Below are positions 21,644 to 31,759 of a stretch of 32,000 nucleotides of DNA, piece after piece; the first letter of the stretch is position 1; each line of letters begins with the position of its first letter. A program made the translations under genes and the position numbers. The stretch lies in the NCBI RefSeq assembly GCF_964059055.1, contig NZ_OZ060386.1, forward strand, positions 450,001 to 482,000, given 5' to 3'. Origin of the DNA: Buchnera aphidicola (Neophyllaphis podocarpi). Its GTDB lineage: Bacteria; Pseudomonadota; Gammaproteobacteria; Enterobacterales; Enterobacteriaceae. The notes beneath the pieces are model-generated. The model had not been told where the DNA came from. It searched no databases and saw only the letters and a list, made by a program, of their open reading frames with translations.

Positions 21644-21712
21644 ATGTCTTTTTTATAAAACTTAAAATGAAATAAAATTTGATAAAAAACAAATATGAAT
21701 TTTAGTATTATT

Positions 21713-21722
21713 AGCTTGTTCC
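21713..21722 (-). repeat. 5' half of the outer long-range helix flanking 23S
   Basis: agcttgttcc is the exact reverse complement of 18604-18613. In the RNA it lies immediately 3' of boxA. Confidence 0.6.
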
Positions 21723-21725
21723 AAA

Positions 21726-21737
21726 TTGTTAAAGAGC
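21726..21737 (-). promoter_or_regulatory. rrn spacer boxA antitermination element
   Basis: The reverse complement reads GCTCTTTAACAA (context tgaGCTCTTTAACAAtttgg), matching the E. coli rrn boxA consensus TGCTCTTTAACAA. It lies between tRNA-Glu and 23S, as the spacer boxA does in enterobacterial rrn operons. Confidence 0.7.
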
Positions 21738-21778
21738 TCAGTTTTAAAAAACTTTAAAAAGTGAAAGTTAAAGATTAA

Positions 21779-21851
21779 TGTCCCTTAGGGGAATTGAACC
21801 CCTGTTGCCGCCGTGAAAGGGCGATGTCCTAGACCTCTAGACGAAAGGGAC
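21779..21851 (-). tRNA. gltT: tRNA-Glu (anticodon UUC)
   Basis: The reverse complement GTCCCTTTCGTCTAGAGGTCTAGGACATCGCCCTTTCACGGCGGCAACAGGGGTTCAATTCCCCTAAGGGACA is near-identical to E. coli tRNA-Glu. No CCA is encoded; the discriminator A is followed by TTAATC. Confidence 0.95.
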
Positions 21852-21922
21852 AAGATCAAAATTATTTTCAAAAAAATAATTTGAATATATTTTTAAATTT
21901 ATAAAACTTATTAAGTAAAATC

Positions 21923-21951
21923 ATTCTAATATTTTATATATACTATGTCAA
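21923..21951 (-). promoter_or_regulatory. sigma-70 promoter of the tRNA-Glu-23S-5S unit
   Basis: On the minus strand: TTGACA (21951-21946), exactly 17 nt, then TAGAAT (21928-21923). An A/T-rich UP-like tract lies upstream. The element is about 70 nt upstream of the tRNA-Glu 5' end. Confidence 0.6.
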
Positions 21952-22066
21952 GTATAATACTAAAATATTTAAATAAAATAAAATTTATAAATTTATTGAA
22001 CTAATATTACATGTTTACAAGGTAATAAGATAGAGTCAAGCATTTTATAATAAAAATATTTAATAA

Positions 22067-22918
22067 TTAATTATTTTTTATATTTTTAACGACAATATTA
22101 ATAATAGAATTAATATCAGGTAAAAAACCAAACCAATTATAAAATGAATAAGCTGCTTGAGATACTAACATACCTAGACCATCAGAAAATTTTTTTATAC
22201 CCAAACCAATACAAAAATCTAAAAAAGGAGTATTATAAGAACTATAAAAAACATCATAACAACAAGAATTAAGATTAAATTTTATATTTTTAGGAAAACA
22301 AGGAACTACATTATTCATACTACTAGATGTAGCATTAATTACTAAATCAAAATTATTATTCAAACTGGGATCAAAAATAAAAATTTTTCCATATTTTTTA
22401 TATTTTAAAACAAAAGACTCAATTTTAAATTCAGTTCTATTAAATACATAAATAGAACAACCAAAATTTAATAAAGGTATGATAATATTATTAGATGTAT
22501 CTCCAACGCCAAGCAATAATATTAAACTATCAGATTTAATAAAATTTAATCTCTTTAAATCATACAGTAAACCTATTCCATCTGTATTATCTCCTAAAAT
22601 TTCACTAGAATTAAATGAGATTCTTTGTATTACATTTACAGAACCAGAAGCAAGAGCTCTATCTGTTAGTTTATTACATAAATAAAATGCTTTATTTTTA
22701 AAAGGTACTGTTATATTTAATCCGTAATTACTTTTTTTGCTACAAAAAAAATCTAACAATATTTCTTTAAAGTTGTTAACAGGGACTAATTTTTTAGAAT
22801 AATTATATTTTATACCTGTTTGTTCAGAAAATAAACCATGAATCATAGGAGACAAAGAATGATTTATAGGATTACCAAAAACTTTACATCTTATATTTTT
22901 TTTTATGAAATCAATCAC
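22067..22918 (-). CDS. aroE: shikimate dehydrogenase
   Basis: 283 aa. VFGNPINHSLSPMIH, NITVPFK, GDNTDGIGL, LINATSSSM and DGLGMLVSQAA are collinear with E. coli AroE. The N-terminus is about 7 aa longer than in E. coli, so the start is less certain. Confidence 0.92.
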   Translation of the reverse strand: MIDFIKKNIRCKVFGNPINHSLSPMIHGLFSEQTGIKYNYSKKLVPVNNFKEILLDFFCSKKSNYGLNITVPFKNKAFYLCNKLTDRALASGSVNVIQRISFNSSEILGDNTDGIGLLYDLKRLNFIKSDSLILLLGVGDTSNNIIIPLLNFGCSIYVFNRTEFKIESFVLKYKKYGKIFIFDPSLNNNFDLVINATSSSMNNVVPCFPKNIKFNLNSCCYDVFYSSYNTPFLDFCIGLGIKKFSDGLGMLVSQAAYSFYNWFGFLPDINSIINIVVKNIKNN

Positions 22919-23492
22919 GTATTAATTCTCCATTAATTAAATTCAAAATTCTAGAATTTTTATTATTCAATCCTAATTTTCCTGGTAATAAAGGAATATT
23001 TAAATTAAATTGTTTAATTAGCTCTAATTCAGAAGTACAAGACTTTTTTCCTGTAATATTAGCACTAGTAGATATAATGGGTTTACCAAAATAATTACAT
23101 AAATTTATAATAGAAATATGACTACTAATTCTTACAGCAACATAAGAAGAGTTACCAGTTATCCAAAATGGAACAGTACTTTTAGCGGGTAATAAAAAAG
23201 TTATGTTATACAAAGACCAATAAAATAACATACGTTGTTTAATAAACAATGAAATTTTAGATTCTTCTATATAGGGTTTTAACTGATCATAATTAGAAGC
23301 AACTAATATAAAACCTTTACTTATATCACGTTTTTTAATATTCAATAGTTTATATATAGCTTGTTTACTATCAGGATTACATCCTAAACCAAAAACAGAT
23401 TCTGTTGGATATGCAATAACCTCATCAGTATATAATTTATATAAACAGTAATTTAAACAAGTTAAATAATGATTATTTTTCAATTTAAACAC
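22911..23492 (-). CDS. tsaC: threonylcarbamoyl-AMP synthase TsaC (YrdC)
   Basis: 193 aa with a GTG start (cac at 23490-23492 on +). VIAYPTESVFGLGCNPDS...KGFILVASNYDQLKPYI...ISTSAN is collinear with E. coli YrdC/TsaC. It overlaps aroE by 8 nt. Confidence 0.9.
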   Translation of the reverse strand: MFKLKNNHYLTCLNYCLYKLYTDEVIAYPTESVFGLGCNPDSKQAIYKLLNIKKRDISKGFILVASNYDQLKPYIEESKISLFIKQRMLFYWSLYNITFLLPAKSTVPFWITGNSSYVAVRISSHISIINLCNYFGKPIISTSANITGKKSCTSELELIKQFNLNIPLLPGKLGLNNKNSRILNLINGELIRD

Positions 23493-23554
23493 CTATTTTA
23501 AACTAATAATTTTATTAAATAATTTATAAAAATAAAAAAACATTAACTTTATAA

Positions 23555-23583
23555 TTGACATATGCAAATAAAAATAATAAATT
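23555..23583 (+). promoter_or_regulatory. candidate sigma-70 promoter of def-fmt
   Basis: A perfect TTGACA (23555-23560), a 17-nt spacer, then TAAATT (23578-23583), about 65 nt upstream of the def ATG. -10-like hexamers are common in this AT-rich DNA, so only the -35 is informative. Confidence 0.3.
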
Positions 23584-23649
23584 TGATACATTTAAATACA
23601 AAAAATAAAATCAACACAAATATATTTTTACAAAATAAAAAATATAAAT

Positions 23650-24093
23650 ATGCAATTATTTAAAATAATAAAATATCCAGACAAACGTTTAAGAAAAATT
23701 GCTAAACCTGTAAAAAAAATAAATAATAAAATAAAAAAAATAATTCAAAAAATGTTTTTAACAATGTTATATAATCAAGGAATAGGATTAGCAGCAACAC
23801 AAATAGATATAAATTTAAAAATTATTGTAATTGGTAATATAGAAGAAAAATATAAAAACATAGTACTAATTAATCCAGAAATTATTGAAAAAAGAGGAAG
23901 ATATAGTATAGAAGAAGGATGTCTTTCTATACCTCACAAAAAAGCTTTTATAAAAAGATATAAATATATAAAAATAAAAGCATTAGATTATAACGGAAAA
24001 AAAATATTTATAGAAGGGGAAAAATTATTGTCGGTATGTATACAACATGAACTTGATCATTTGATAGGAAAATTATTTATTGATTATTTATAA
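23650..24093 (+). CDS. def: peptide deformylase
   Basis: 147 aa. All three metal/active-site motifs are present: GIGLAATQ, EGCLSIP and QHELDH. It is collinear with E. coli Def but ends right after ...GKLFIDYL. Confidence 0.95.
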   Translation: MQLFKIIKYPDKRLRKIAKPVKKINNKIKKIIQKMFLTMLYNQGIGLAATQIDINLKIIVIGNIEEKYKNIVLINPEIIEKRGRYSIEEGCLSIPHKKAFIKRYKYIKIKALDYNGKKIFIEGEKLLSVCIQHELDHLIGKLFIDYL

Positions 24094-24127
24094 AATAAAT
24101 GATTATAAATATTAAAGGAAAAAAATA

Positions 24128-25078
24128 TTGAACAAATCATTAAAAATTATTTTTGCAGGAACTCCAAATTTTGCGGTTACTCATCTAAAAAAAATAGTAG
24201 AATCAAACTATAAAGTAGTATGCGTTATAACAAGACCAGATAAAATATCAGGAAGAGGCAAAAAATTAAGAAGTTCACCAGTAAAAGAATTTGCTATAAA
24301 AAATAATATTGAAATTAACCAACCTAAATCATTAAACAATAATAAATTTATAGAATATATAAAAGAAAAAAATGCACATATGATGATCGTAGTAGCTTAT
24401 GGACTAATTATACCAGAAACTATTATTAATTTATTTAATATGGGATGTATAAACGTACATGCATCTTTGTTACCAAGATGGAGAGGTTCATCACCTATAC
24501 AATATGCAATAATAAACGGAGATATAAATACAGGAGTTACAGTAATAAAAATGGATAAAAAGATAGATCATGGAAAAATAATTGATTCAATTGAATATAA
24601 AATAAAAAGTAATGAAACTAGTATTACTCTAGAAAAAAAACTATCTAAAATAGGCTCAAAACTCATAACAAAAGTTATTAATAATTTAATTTATAAAAAT
24701 TTTTCTCTAAGAGAACAAAATCATAATTTTGCAACATATACAAAAAAAATTAAAAAAAAAGATGGAATAATAGATTGGAAATTAAATGCTAAAAAAATAG
24801 AAAGGCAGATTAGAGCTTTTAATCCTTGGCCTACAAGTTATTTTTTTGTAAAAAAAAAGATAATAAAAGTATGGGAAGCAAACTATATTGAATCAAATAA
24901 AAAATATAAAATAGGTAAAATAATAGAAATTAACAAGAATGGAATGCAAATAAGCACAGGAAACGGAATCATAAATATTAAAAAAATACAATTTTCAGGA
25001 AAAAAAACAGTAAGTATTAAAGATATCTTAAATTCTAATAATAATTTTTTAATAAAAGATCTAAATTTAGTAGAATAG
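24128..25078 (+). CDS. fmt: methionyl-tRNA formyltransferase
   Basis: 316 aa with a TTG start and AAGGA upstream. KIIFAGTPNFAV, GCINVHASLLPRWRGSSPIQ and IRAFNPWP are collinear with E. coli Fmt from residue 1. Confidence 0.95.
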   Translation: MNKSLKIIFAGTPNFAVTHLKKIVESNYKVVCVITRPDKISGRGKKLRSSPVKEFAIKNNIEINQPKSLNNNKFIEYIKEKNAHMMIVVAYGLIIPETIINLFNMGCINVHASLLPRWRGSSPIQYAIINGDINTGVTVIKMDKKIDHGKIIDSIEYKIKSNETSITLEKKLSKIGSKLITKVINNLIYKNFSLREQNHNFATYTKKIKKKDGIIDWKLNAKKIERQIRAFNPWPTSYFFVKKKIIKVWEANYIESNKKYKIGKIIEINKNGMQISTGNGIINIKKIQFSGKKTVSIKDILNSNNNFLIKDLNLVE

Positions 25079-25143
25079 AAAAAAAAAGAATTAATTTTAT
25101 TTTTATAATAAAAAATTAATATACTTGATAAAAATAATCTTAA

Positions 25144-25167
25144 GAGGAACGGCAAATACCGGTCCTC
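25144..25167 (-). terminator. candidate intrinsic terminator of the alpha operon (after rplQ)
   Basis: gagga-a-cgg / ccg-g-tcctc forms 5+3 bp, mostly G-C, with one mismatch and a 6-nt loop. It is the only GC-rich element in the fmt-rplQ spacer. On the minus strand it lies 40 nt past the rplQ stop and is followed by ttaagattattttt. Confidence 0.5.
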
Positions 25168-25207
25168 AAACATGTAAAATTAATTTATATTCAAAAATAA
25201 TATTTTA

Positions 25208-25606
25208 TTAGTTCACAACAGATGATTTTTTATCATTTATTTTTTCTAATGAACGGTCAACAAAACTTAAATAAGCCATCATAGCATTATCACCAGTACG
25301 AAAACCGCATTTTAATATACGTGTATAACCTCCTTTACGATTTAGAAAATGAGGTCCTAAATCATTAAATAATTTAGTTATAACTATATTATTTTTAATA
25401 CAAGAAAACATTAATCGCCTATTAGATACTGTATCATTTTTAGACAAAGTTATCAATGGTTCAATCATACGTCTTAATTCCTTAGCTTTAACAAGAGTAG
25501 TTTTAATACTTTCATAAATAACTAAAGAACAAGCCATATTCTGTAACATTGCTTTTAAATGACTCCTATTTCGATTTAATTGACGACCACTTTTATTATG
25601 TCTCAT
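25208..25606 (-). CDS. rplQ: 50S ribosomal protein L17
   Basis: 132 aa. [25 protein letters not shown]...GGYTRILK is collinear with E. coli L17. Confidence 0.97.
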   Translation of the reverse strand: MRHNKSGRQLNRNRSHLKAMLQNMACSLVIYESIKTTLVKAKELRRMIEPLITLSKNDTVSNRRLMFSCIKNNIVITKLFNDLGPHFLNRKGGYTRILKCGFRTGDNAMMAYLSFVDRSLEKINDKKSSVVN

Positions 25607-25624
25607 AAAACTTATTTATCCTTA

Positions 25625-26605
25625 TTAATCGTCTATAATACTTAACGGAGGCCAATTTTCTAAATACATACCTAAAGATAAACTACGTGAAGCTAAAACA
25701 TCTTTAATTTCTGTTAAAGATTTCTTTCCCAAATTAGGAGTTTTTAATAATTCTACTTCGGTCTTTTGTACTAAATCTCCAATATAATGAATAGATTCAG
25801 CTTTAAGACAATTAGCAGATCTTACTGTAAGTTCTAAATCATCTACAGGACGAAGAAGTATAGGATCAAATTCTGGTTTATCATCTTTAATTTCTGGTTG
25901 ACTAACATCTCTTAAATCTACAAAAGCTTCAAGTTGTTCTGATAAAATTGTAGCAGAACATCTAATAGCTTCTTCAGGATCAATTGTACCATTAGTTTCT
26001 ATTTCAATTATTAACTTATCTAAATCAGTTCTTTGTTCTACTCTAGCTGCTTCAACATTATATGATATCCTATGAATAGGACTATAACAAGCATCTAACA
26101 ATAATATTCCTATAGGTCTATCTATATTTATTCTAGATGATGCAGGGACATAGCCTCTACCACGTTCTACTTTTATCCTCATAGATATAGATGTATTATC
26201 ATAGGTAATATTACAAATTAAATGATTAGGATTGATAATTTCAACACTACCATCATGTTGTATATCTGATGCTAAAACAGGACCAGATCCAGATTTATGT
26301 AAAGTAAGAATAACATCATTTTTACCATATAGCTTAATTGCTAATTTTTTTAAATTTAGAAGTATTTCTAAAATATCTTCTTTAATTCCTTCTTTAGTAC
26401 TGTATTCATGTAATATACCATCAATTTCTACTTCAGTAACTGCAAAACCAGGCATTGAAGAAAGTAATATACGACGTAAAGCATTACCTAAAGTATGACC
26501 TAAACCTCTTTCTAATGGTTCTAAAATAACTTTAGCATGAGTAGAACTAAACTGTTCAATATCAACTAATTTTGGTTTAAGAAATTCTGTAACTGAAATA
26601 TACAT
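25625..26605 (-). CDS. rpoA: DNA-directed RNA polymerase subunit alpha
   Basis: 326 aa. [50 protein letters not shown] and the C-terminal domain [16 protein letters not shown]...[14 protein letters not shown] are highly conserved. Confidence 0.98.
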   Translation of the reverse strand: MYISVTEFLKPKLVDIEQFSSTHAKVILEPLERGLGHTLGNALRRILLSSMPGFAVTEVEIDGILHEYSTKEGIKEDILEILLNLKKLAIKLYGKNDVILTLHKSGSGPVLASDIQHDGSVEIINPNHLICNITYDNTSISMRIKVERGRGYVPASSRINIDRPIGILLLDACYSPIHRISYNVEAARVEQRTDLDKLIIEIETNGTIDPEEAIRCSATILSEQLEAFVDLRDVSQPEIKDDKPEFDPILLRPVDDLELTVRSANCLKAESIHYIGDLVQKTEVELLKTPNLGKKSLTEIKDVLASRSLSLGMYLENWPPLSIIDD

Positions 26606-26629
26606 TATATACTCTTCTTTATGAAATAT

Positions 26630-27250
26630 TTATCTTGAATATAATTCAATAATTAAATGTTCATTAATTTCTGCAGAAATATCTGCACGTTCAGGAATAC
26701 GTTTAAATATACCTTCCATTTTTACAGAATTTACTTCTAACCAAATAGGTTTTTGTCTCTGTTCAAATAATTCTAAAGCTGCTTTAATACGATTTTGATT
26801 CTTAGATTTTGTACTAATACTAATTATATCATTACATGAAACTTGAAATGAAGGTATATTAACAATATTACCATTAACTAAAATAGATTTATGACTAACC
26901 AATTGTCTAGATTCAGATCTAGTTGCACCAAAACCCATTCTATAAACAACATTATCTAATCTTTTTTCTAATAAAAAAAGTAAATTTTCTCCAGTATTAC
27001 CTTTTAAACTAGAAGCTTTTTTATAATAATTATGAAATTGTCTTTCCAAAATACCATATAAACGACGTAATTTTTGTTTTTCTCTTAATTGTATTCCGTA
27101 ATCAGATAATCTAGGTTTTTTATTACCATGTTGACCTGGTAAATTTGCAATTTTGCATTTAGATTCAATAGATCTAAAACCTGATTTTAAAAATAAATCA
27201 GTACCTTCTCTACGACTTAGTCTTAATTTTGGTCCCAAATATTTAGCCAT
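26630..27250 (-). CDS. rpsD: 30S ribosomal protein S4
   Basis: 206 aa. [24 protein letters not shown]...[12 protein letters not shown] is collinear with E. coli S4. Confidence 0.98.
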   Translation of the reverse strand: MAKYLGPKLRLSRREGTDLFLKSGFRSIESKCKIANLPGQHGNKKPRLSDYGIQLREKQKLRRLYGILERQFHNYYKKASSLKGNTGENLLFLLEKRLDNVVYRMGFGATRSESRQLVSHKSILVNGNIVNIPSFQVSCNDIISISTKSKNQNRIKAALELFEQRQKPIWLEVNSVKMEGIFKRIPERADISAEINEHLIIELYSR

Positions 27251-27285
27251 TTTAAATAACTTCTCATTAAAAAATTAATAAAATT

Positions 27286-27693
27286 TTATACGCGACGTTT
27301 TTTAGGTGGTCTACAACCATTATGAGGAATAGGCGTAACATCCGTAATATTAGTAATACGAAAACCTGCAGCATTTAAAGCTCTAATAGTAGATTCTCTT
27401 CCTGGACCCGGACCTTTAACCATAACTTCTAAATTTTTAATACCGTAATCTTTTACAATATTAGCACACCTCTCAGCAGCTATTTGAGCTGCAAATGGAG
27501 TAGACTTACGCGAACCTCTAAAACCAGATCCTCCTGAAGTAGCCCACCCCAAAGAATTACCTTGTCTATCAGTTATAGTTACAATTGTATTATTAAAAGA
27601 TGCATGAATATGAGCTACACCATCTGTTATTTGTTTTTTTATACGTTTTTTAATGCTAATAGATTTTTTTTTAGTCATTATAATTTTAGCCAT
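27286..27693 (-). CDS. rpsK: 30S ribosomal protein S11
   Basis: 135 aa. [23 protein letters not shown]...[20 protein letters not shown] is near-identical to E. coli S11. Confidence 0.98.
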   Translation of the reverse strand: MAKIIMTKKKSISIKKRIKKQITDGVAHIHASFNNTIVTITDRQGNSLGWATSGGSGFRGSRKSTPFAAQIAAERCANIVKDYGIKNLEVMVKGPGPGRESTIRALNAAGFRITNITDVTPIPHNGCRPPKKRRV

Positions 27694-27706
27694 TTATTAT
27701 GAAATT

Positions 27707-28063
27707 TTATTTTTTTATAGGTTTACGTGGACCTTTACAAGTACGAGCATTAGTTTTAGTACGTTGACCTCTTACAGGTAAACTTCTTCTATGACGTAAT
27801 CCACGATAACATCCTAAATCAATTAATCTTTTTATATTTAAATTAACCTCTCTTCTTAAATCTCCTTCAACAATTATTTTAGAAATTATTTCTCTTAATT
27901 TTTCTATCTGAATTTCAGATAAATTAATTATTTTAACATCTTTAGATATTCCGGACTTTAAGCAAATTTTTTTGGAAAGATTTTTTCCAATTCCATATAT
28001 TGAGGTCAATGCAATAATAGTATGCTTATTATCGGGAATATTTATACCTGCAATACGTGCCAT
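27707..28063 (-). CDS. rpsM: 30S ribosomal protein S13
   Basis: The ORF track begins at 28102, but the homologous start is the internal ATG at 28063 ([14 protein letters not shown]..., as in E. coli S13). It is preceded by AGGAG at the right spacing and gives 118 aa. Confidence 0.95.
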   Translation of the reverse strand: MARIAGINIPDNKHTIIALTSIYGIGKNLSKKICLKSGISKDVKIINLSEIQIEKLREIISKIIVEGDLRREVNLNIKRLIDLGCYRGLRHRRSLPVRGQRTKTNARTCKGPRKPIKK

Positions 28064-28183
28064 AAAATAAACTCCTGATAATTTATTACAATTAAATTTC
28101 ATTAAAATATTTAATACAAAATAAAAATGACTAAAATCATAAAATTTATAGATTAATTAATCTCTTTATTTAATATAATATTA

Positions 28184-28300
28184 TTATCCTTGACGTTGTT
28201 TATGCTTCAAATCAGAACTACAAATTACACGAACAACATTATTACGACGTAAAATTTTACAATTACGGCATAATTTCTTTACAGATGCTCTTACTTTCAT
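28184..28300 (-). CDS. rpmJ: 50S ribosomal protein L36
   Basis: Not in the ORF track because it is only 38 aa. The reverse complement translates to [38 protein letters not shown], versus E. coli [38 protein letters not shown]. It sits at the canonical position between secY and rpsM. Confidence 0.95.
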   Translation of the reverse strand: MKVRASVKKLCRNCKILRRNNVVRVICSSDLKHKQRQG

Positions 28301-28342
28301 TTTTTTATATATACCCCAAATACATATATAACATGTAAAAAC

Positions 28343-29683
28343 TTAAATTTTATTTAAATTTAAATTTGATTTTTTTAAAACAGAAGAATATTGATTTGAC
28401 ATTATTATTGTTTGTATTTGAGCAATAAAGTCCATAATTACAACAACAACAATTAATAAAGAAGTACCTCCAAAATGAAATGAAACATTAATTAAATTAC
28501 GTAATAATTCAGGAACTAAACAGATAAATGTAATATAAATAGAACCAATAAATGTTAACTTTAACATAATCTTTTCAATATATTTAGCAGTCTGTTCCCC
28601 GGGCCTAATACCTGTTAAAAAAGCACCTGATTTTTTTAAATTATCAGCAGTTTCTTTAGGATTAAATACCAAACCAGTATAAAAAAAACAAAAAAATATA
28701 ATAAAAATAGAATATAAAATAATATATAAAGGTTTACTAGGTTGCAAATATGATGAAATTATAAAAATCCAATTTGAATGATTTAATAATCCACCAAACC
28801 AAGAAACTATAGTTGCAGGAAACAAAATTAAACTTGAAGCAAATATAGCAGGAATAACTCCAGACATATTTATTTTTAATGGTAAATGTGTACTTTGTTG
28901 TATAGCATAAAATCTATATCCTTGTTGACGTCTTGCATAATTAACTATAATTTTTCTTTGACCTTTTTCAAAAAAAACAACAAAAAAAGTTACGCAAAAT
29001 ATTATTATTATAACTAAGATTAAAATGTAAATATGTAAATTACCAATTCTTGTTTCTTCTATAGTATTAAGTATAGAGGAAGGAAGACCTGCAATAATTC
29101 CGGTAAAAATAATAATTGATATTCCATTTCCTAGTCCTTTTTCAGTAATTAGTTCTCCTAACCACATTAGAAAAACTGTACCTGTCACTAAACTAATAAC
29201 AGAAGTAAAATAAAAACAAAATCCAGGATCAATAACTAAGTTATTCATTCCAGGCATATGAGGTAAACTTATAGATATTCCTATAGATTGTGATATAGCT
29301 AAAATTATTGTAATATATCTAGTATATTGATTTATTTTTACACGTCCAATTTCTCCTTCTTTTTTTAATTCTGATAAAAATGGATTAATTAATGTTAGTA
29401 ACTGTATAATAATTGAAGCAGAAATATAAGGCATAATACCTAAAGAAAAAATAGATGCTCTATTCAAAGCTCCACCTGAAAATATATTAAACATTTCAAT
29501 AATAGTGCCATGTTGACGATCTAGTATTCTTGATAGTAAATTAGTATTAATTCCAGGAATTGGAATAAAAGAACCAATGCGAAAAATAACTAAAGCAATA
29601 ACAACAAAAAATAATCTATGTTTTAATTCGCTAAAATTATTATTAGAACCATGAATACCTGATGTATTTTTTTTAATAGACAT
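28343..29683 (-). CDS. secY: protein translocase subunit SecY
   Basis: 446 aa polytopic membrane protein. [30 protein letters not shown] and [12 protein letters not shown] are conserved SecY segments. Its position in the spc operon is canonical. Confidence 0.97.
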   Translation of the reverse strand: MSIKKNTSGIHGSNNNFSELKHRLFFVVIALVIFRIGSFIPIPGINTNLLSRILDRQHGTIIEMFNIFSGGALNRASIFSLGIMPYISASIIIQLLTLINPFLSELKKEGEIGRVKINQYTRYITIILAISQSIGISISLPHMPGMNNLVIDPGFCFYFTSVISLVTGTVFLMWLGELITEKGLGNGISIIIFTGIIAGLPSSILNTIEETRIGNLHIYILILVIIIIFCVTFFVVFFEKGQRKIIVNYARRQQGYRFYAIQQSTHLPLKINMSGVIPAIFASSLILFPATIVSWFGGLLNHSNWIFIISSYLQPSKPLYIILYSIFIIFFCFFYTGLVFNPKETADNLKKSGAFLTGIRPGEQTAKYIEKIMLKLTFIGSIYITFICLVPELLRNLINVSFHFGGTSLLIVVVVIMDFIAQIQTIIMSNQYSSVLKKSNLNLNKI

Positions 29684-29706
29684 TATTTTTATAACTATTC
29701 CTCTAT

Positions 29707-30141
29707 TTAATTTTTTATATTTCCACCAGCCAATTCAATAGCTGAACGAGCTCCTTTAGTAACATTTATACCAACAATAGTTAATTGTGTCATAATTTTT
29801 TTATCAAAAATTATTTTTACATATTTAATTTTACGACTTACGATACTATGTTCTTTTAAGAAATTTAAATCGATGATTTTTTTAAAAAAATTTTCTAAAG
29901 TAGAGAGTTTAACTTCTGTTCTAAATTTATTTTTCTTAGATTTAAAACCAAATTTAGGAACTCTACGATAAATAGGCATCTGGCCTCCTTCAAAACCTAT
30001 ACGAACTTTACCTCCAGTTCTAGATTTTTGACCTTTATGACCTCTACCAGAAGTTTTACCAAAACCAGAAGCAATACCTCTACCAACCCTTTTAATTTTT
30101 TTTTTAGAACCAGGAGTTGGAGATAAAGTATTTAAATACAT
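29707..30141 (-). CDS. rplO: 50S ribosomal protein L15
   Basis: The ORF track starts at a TTG (30159). The homologous start is the ATG at 30141 ([14 protein letters not shown]... vs E. coli MRLNTLSPAEGSKK...), one nt after the rpmD stop. This gives 144 aa. Confidence 0.93.
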   Translation of the reverse strand: MYLNTLSPTPGSKKKIKRVGRGIASGFGKTSGRGHKGQKSRTGGKVRIGFEGGQMPIYRRVPKFGFKSKKNKFRTEVKLSTLENFFKKIIDLNFLKEHSIVSRKIKYVKIIFDKKIMTQLTIVGINVTKGARSAIELAGGNIKN

Positions 30142-30142
30142 T

Positions 30143-30328
30143 TTATTTACATTCCTCAACTGTTAACATATAACTCACAGAATTTATCATACCACGTATA
30201 GAAGGAGTATCTTTTAAATATACAACATGTCCTATATGACGTAAACCTAAACCTATTAAAGTAAGTTTATGCTTAGGAATACGTCCTATCGAACTTTTTA
30301 TTTGTGTTAATTTAATTCTTTTTTTCAT
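30143..30328 (-). CDS. rpmD: 50S ribosomal protein L30
   Basis: 61 aa. [34 protein letters not shown]...TPSIRGMIN is collinear with E. coli L30. Confidence 0.95.
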   Translation of the reverse strand: MKKRIKLTQIKSSIGRIPKHKLTLIGLGLRHIGHVVYLKDTPSIRGMINSVSYMLTVEECK

Positions 30329-30833
30329 CTATATTATCCATTATATCTTCAATAGATTTATTACGTTTTTCTGCTATCATTTTTGGTGACATCATACAAC
30401 TTAATCCTTTCATAGTAGCTCTAACTACATTAATAGGATTAGTTGAACCATAAGTTTTTGCTAAAACATTATGTATACCGGAAACTTCTAAGACAGCACG
30501 CATAGCTCCACCTGCAATAATTCCGGTACCTTTTGAAGCAGGTTTCATAAAAATATTAGATCCTGTATAAGAACCTTTGATTTCATGTTGCAAAGTACCA
30601 TTCTTTAAAGGAATATTTATCATATGTTTCCGCGCTTTCTCCATAGCTTTTTGTATAGCAGCTGGAACTTCACGTGCTTTACCATAACCAAAACCGATTT
30701 TACCATGACCATTACCTACTACTGTTAAAGCAGTAAAAGAAAAAACACGACCTCCTTTAACTGTCTTAGAAACACGATTAACAGAAATTAATTTTTCTTT
30801 TAAATCATTAAATTGTTTTTCTATATTTGCCAT
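30312..30833 (-). CDS. rpsE: 30S ribosomal protein S5
   Basis: 173 aa. [50 protein letters not shown] is near-identical to E. coli S5. The C-terminal tail is about 7 aa longer and overlaps the rpmD start. Confidence 0.97.
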   Translation of the reverse strand: MANIEKQFNDLKEKLISVNRVSKTVKGGRVFSFTALTVVGNGHGKIGFGYGKAREVPAAIQKAMEKARKHMINIPLKNGTLQHEIKGSYTGSNIFMKPASKGTGIIAGGAMRAVLEVSGIHNVLAKTYGSTNPINVVRATMKGLSCMMSPKMIAEKRNKSIEDIMDNIDEKKN

Positions 30834-30844
30834 ATTAAAATACC

Positions 30845-31207
30845 TTAAAAATTGAGACCAAAATCTCTTGCAGTTTGTGCTAAAGCTAAAATTCTACCAT
30901 GATATTTAAAACCAGAACGATCAAAAGAAACCTTGTTTATTCCTTTTTCTAATGCACGTAATGCAATATATTTTCCAATAATAGATGCAGCATCTTTATT
31001 TCCAGTATATTTAATAAGATTAGAAATATCTTTTTCTAAAGTAGATGCAGAAACTAGCACATCAGAATTATTAGAAGAAATTATTTGAGCATAAATGTGA
31101 CGTGAAGTACGATGAACTACTAAACGTACAGAATGCAATTTTTTTAACTTACTTTTTGTTTTCATAGCTCTATGTAAACGATAACATTTTTTACTTCTAA
31201 ATTTCAT
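30845..31207 (-). CDS. rplR: 50S ribosomal protein L18
   Basis: The ORF track starts at 31246. The homologous start is the ATG at 31207 ([21 protein letters not shown]...[15 protein letters not shown]), one nt after the rplF stop. This gives 120 aa versus 117 in E. coli. Confidence 0.93.
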   Translation of the reverse strand: MKFRSKKCYRLHRAMKTKSKLKKLHSVRLVVHRTSRHIYAQIISSNNSDVLVSASTLEKDISNLIKYTGNKDAASIIGKYIALRALEKGINKVSFDRSGFKYHGRILALAQTARDFGLNF

Positions 31208-31208
31208 T

Positions 31209-31748
31209 TTACTTTTTTTTAGCCTCTTTAATACGTATAAATTCATCTGAATAACGAATACCTTTACCTTTATAAGATTCAGGAATACGATAAGAACGTA
31301 AATTAGCAGCTACTTGGCCTAATAATTGTTTATTAGAACTTTTTAATACAATTTCAGTTTGAGAAGGAACATTAGCAAATACACCATCAGGTAATTCATA
31401 ATTTATAGAATGAGAATAACCTAAAGACATGGTAAGCAAACTGTTTTTATTAGATAAAGATACCTTATATCCAACACCAGATAAAAATAATTTTTTTTCA
31501 AAATTAACTTTAATGCCTACAATCATAGAATTTATTATAGAACGAGCAGTTCCTACATGAGACCAAAAATTATCATAACCTAAATTAGTGCTAAAAGATA
31601 ATATGTTATTATTATAAACAATTTTAACTGATTTATGTAATTTATACTTTAATTCTTCACTTTTACTTTTAATAAGTACTAATTGTTTATTTATTTTTAT
31701 TTCTATATCAGTAGGAATAAAAATAGGTAATTTAGCAACACGAGACAT
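31209..31748 (-). CDS. rplF: 50S ribosomal protein L6
   Basis: The ORF track starts at 31775. The homologous start is the ATG at 31748 ([12 protein letters not shown]... vs E. coli MSRVAKAPVVVP), preceded by AGGAG. This gives 179 aa. Confidence 0.95.
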   Translation of the reverse strand: MSRVAKLPIFIPTDIEIKINKQLVLIKSKSEELKYKLHKSVKIVYNNNILSFSTNLGYDNFWSHVGTARSIINSMIVGIKVNFEKKLFLSGVGYKVSLSNKNSLLTMSLGYSHSINYELPDGVFANVPSQTEIVLKSSNKQLLGQVAANLRSYRIPESYKGKGIRYSDEFIRIKEAKKK

Positions 31749-31759
31749 TTTTTCTCCTA

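Noticed and set aside
28064-28102. N-terminal extensions in the ORF track for rpsM (to 28102), rplO (to 30159, TTG), rplR (to 31246) and rplF (to 31775).
   Set aside because: In each case an internal ATG aligns exactly with the E. coli N-terminus ([17 protein letters not shown], and MSRVAKLP with AGGAG upstream). It also abuts the upstream gene's stop in the usual operon arrangement. The extensions are upstream read-through of the open frame.
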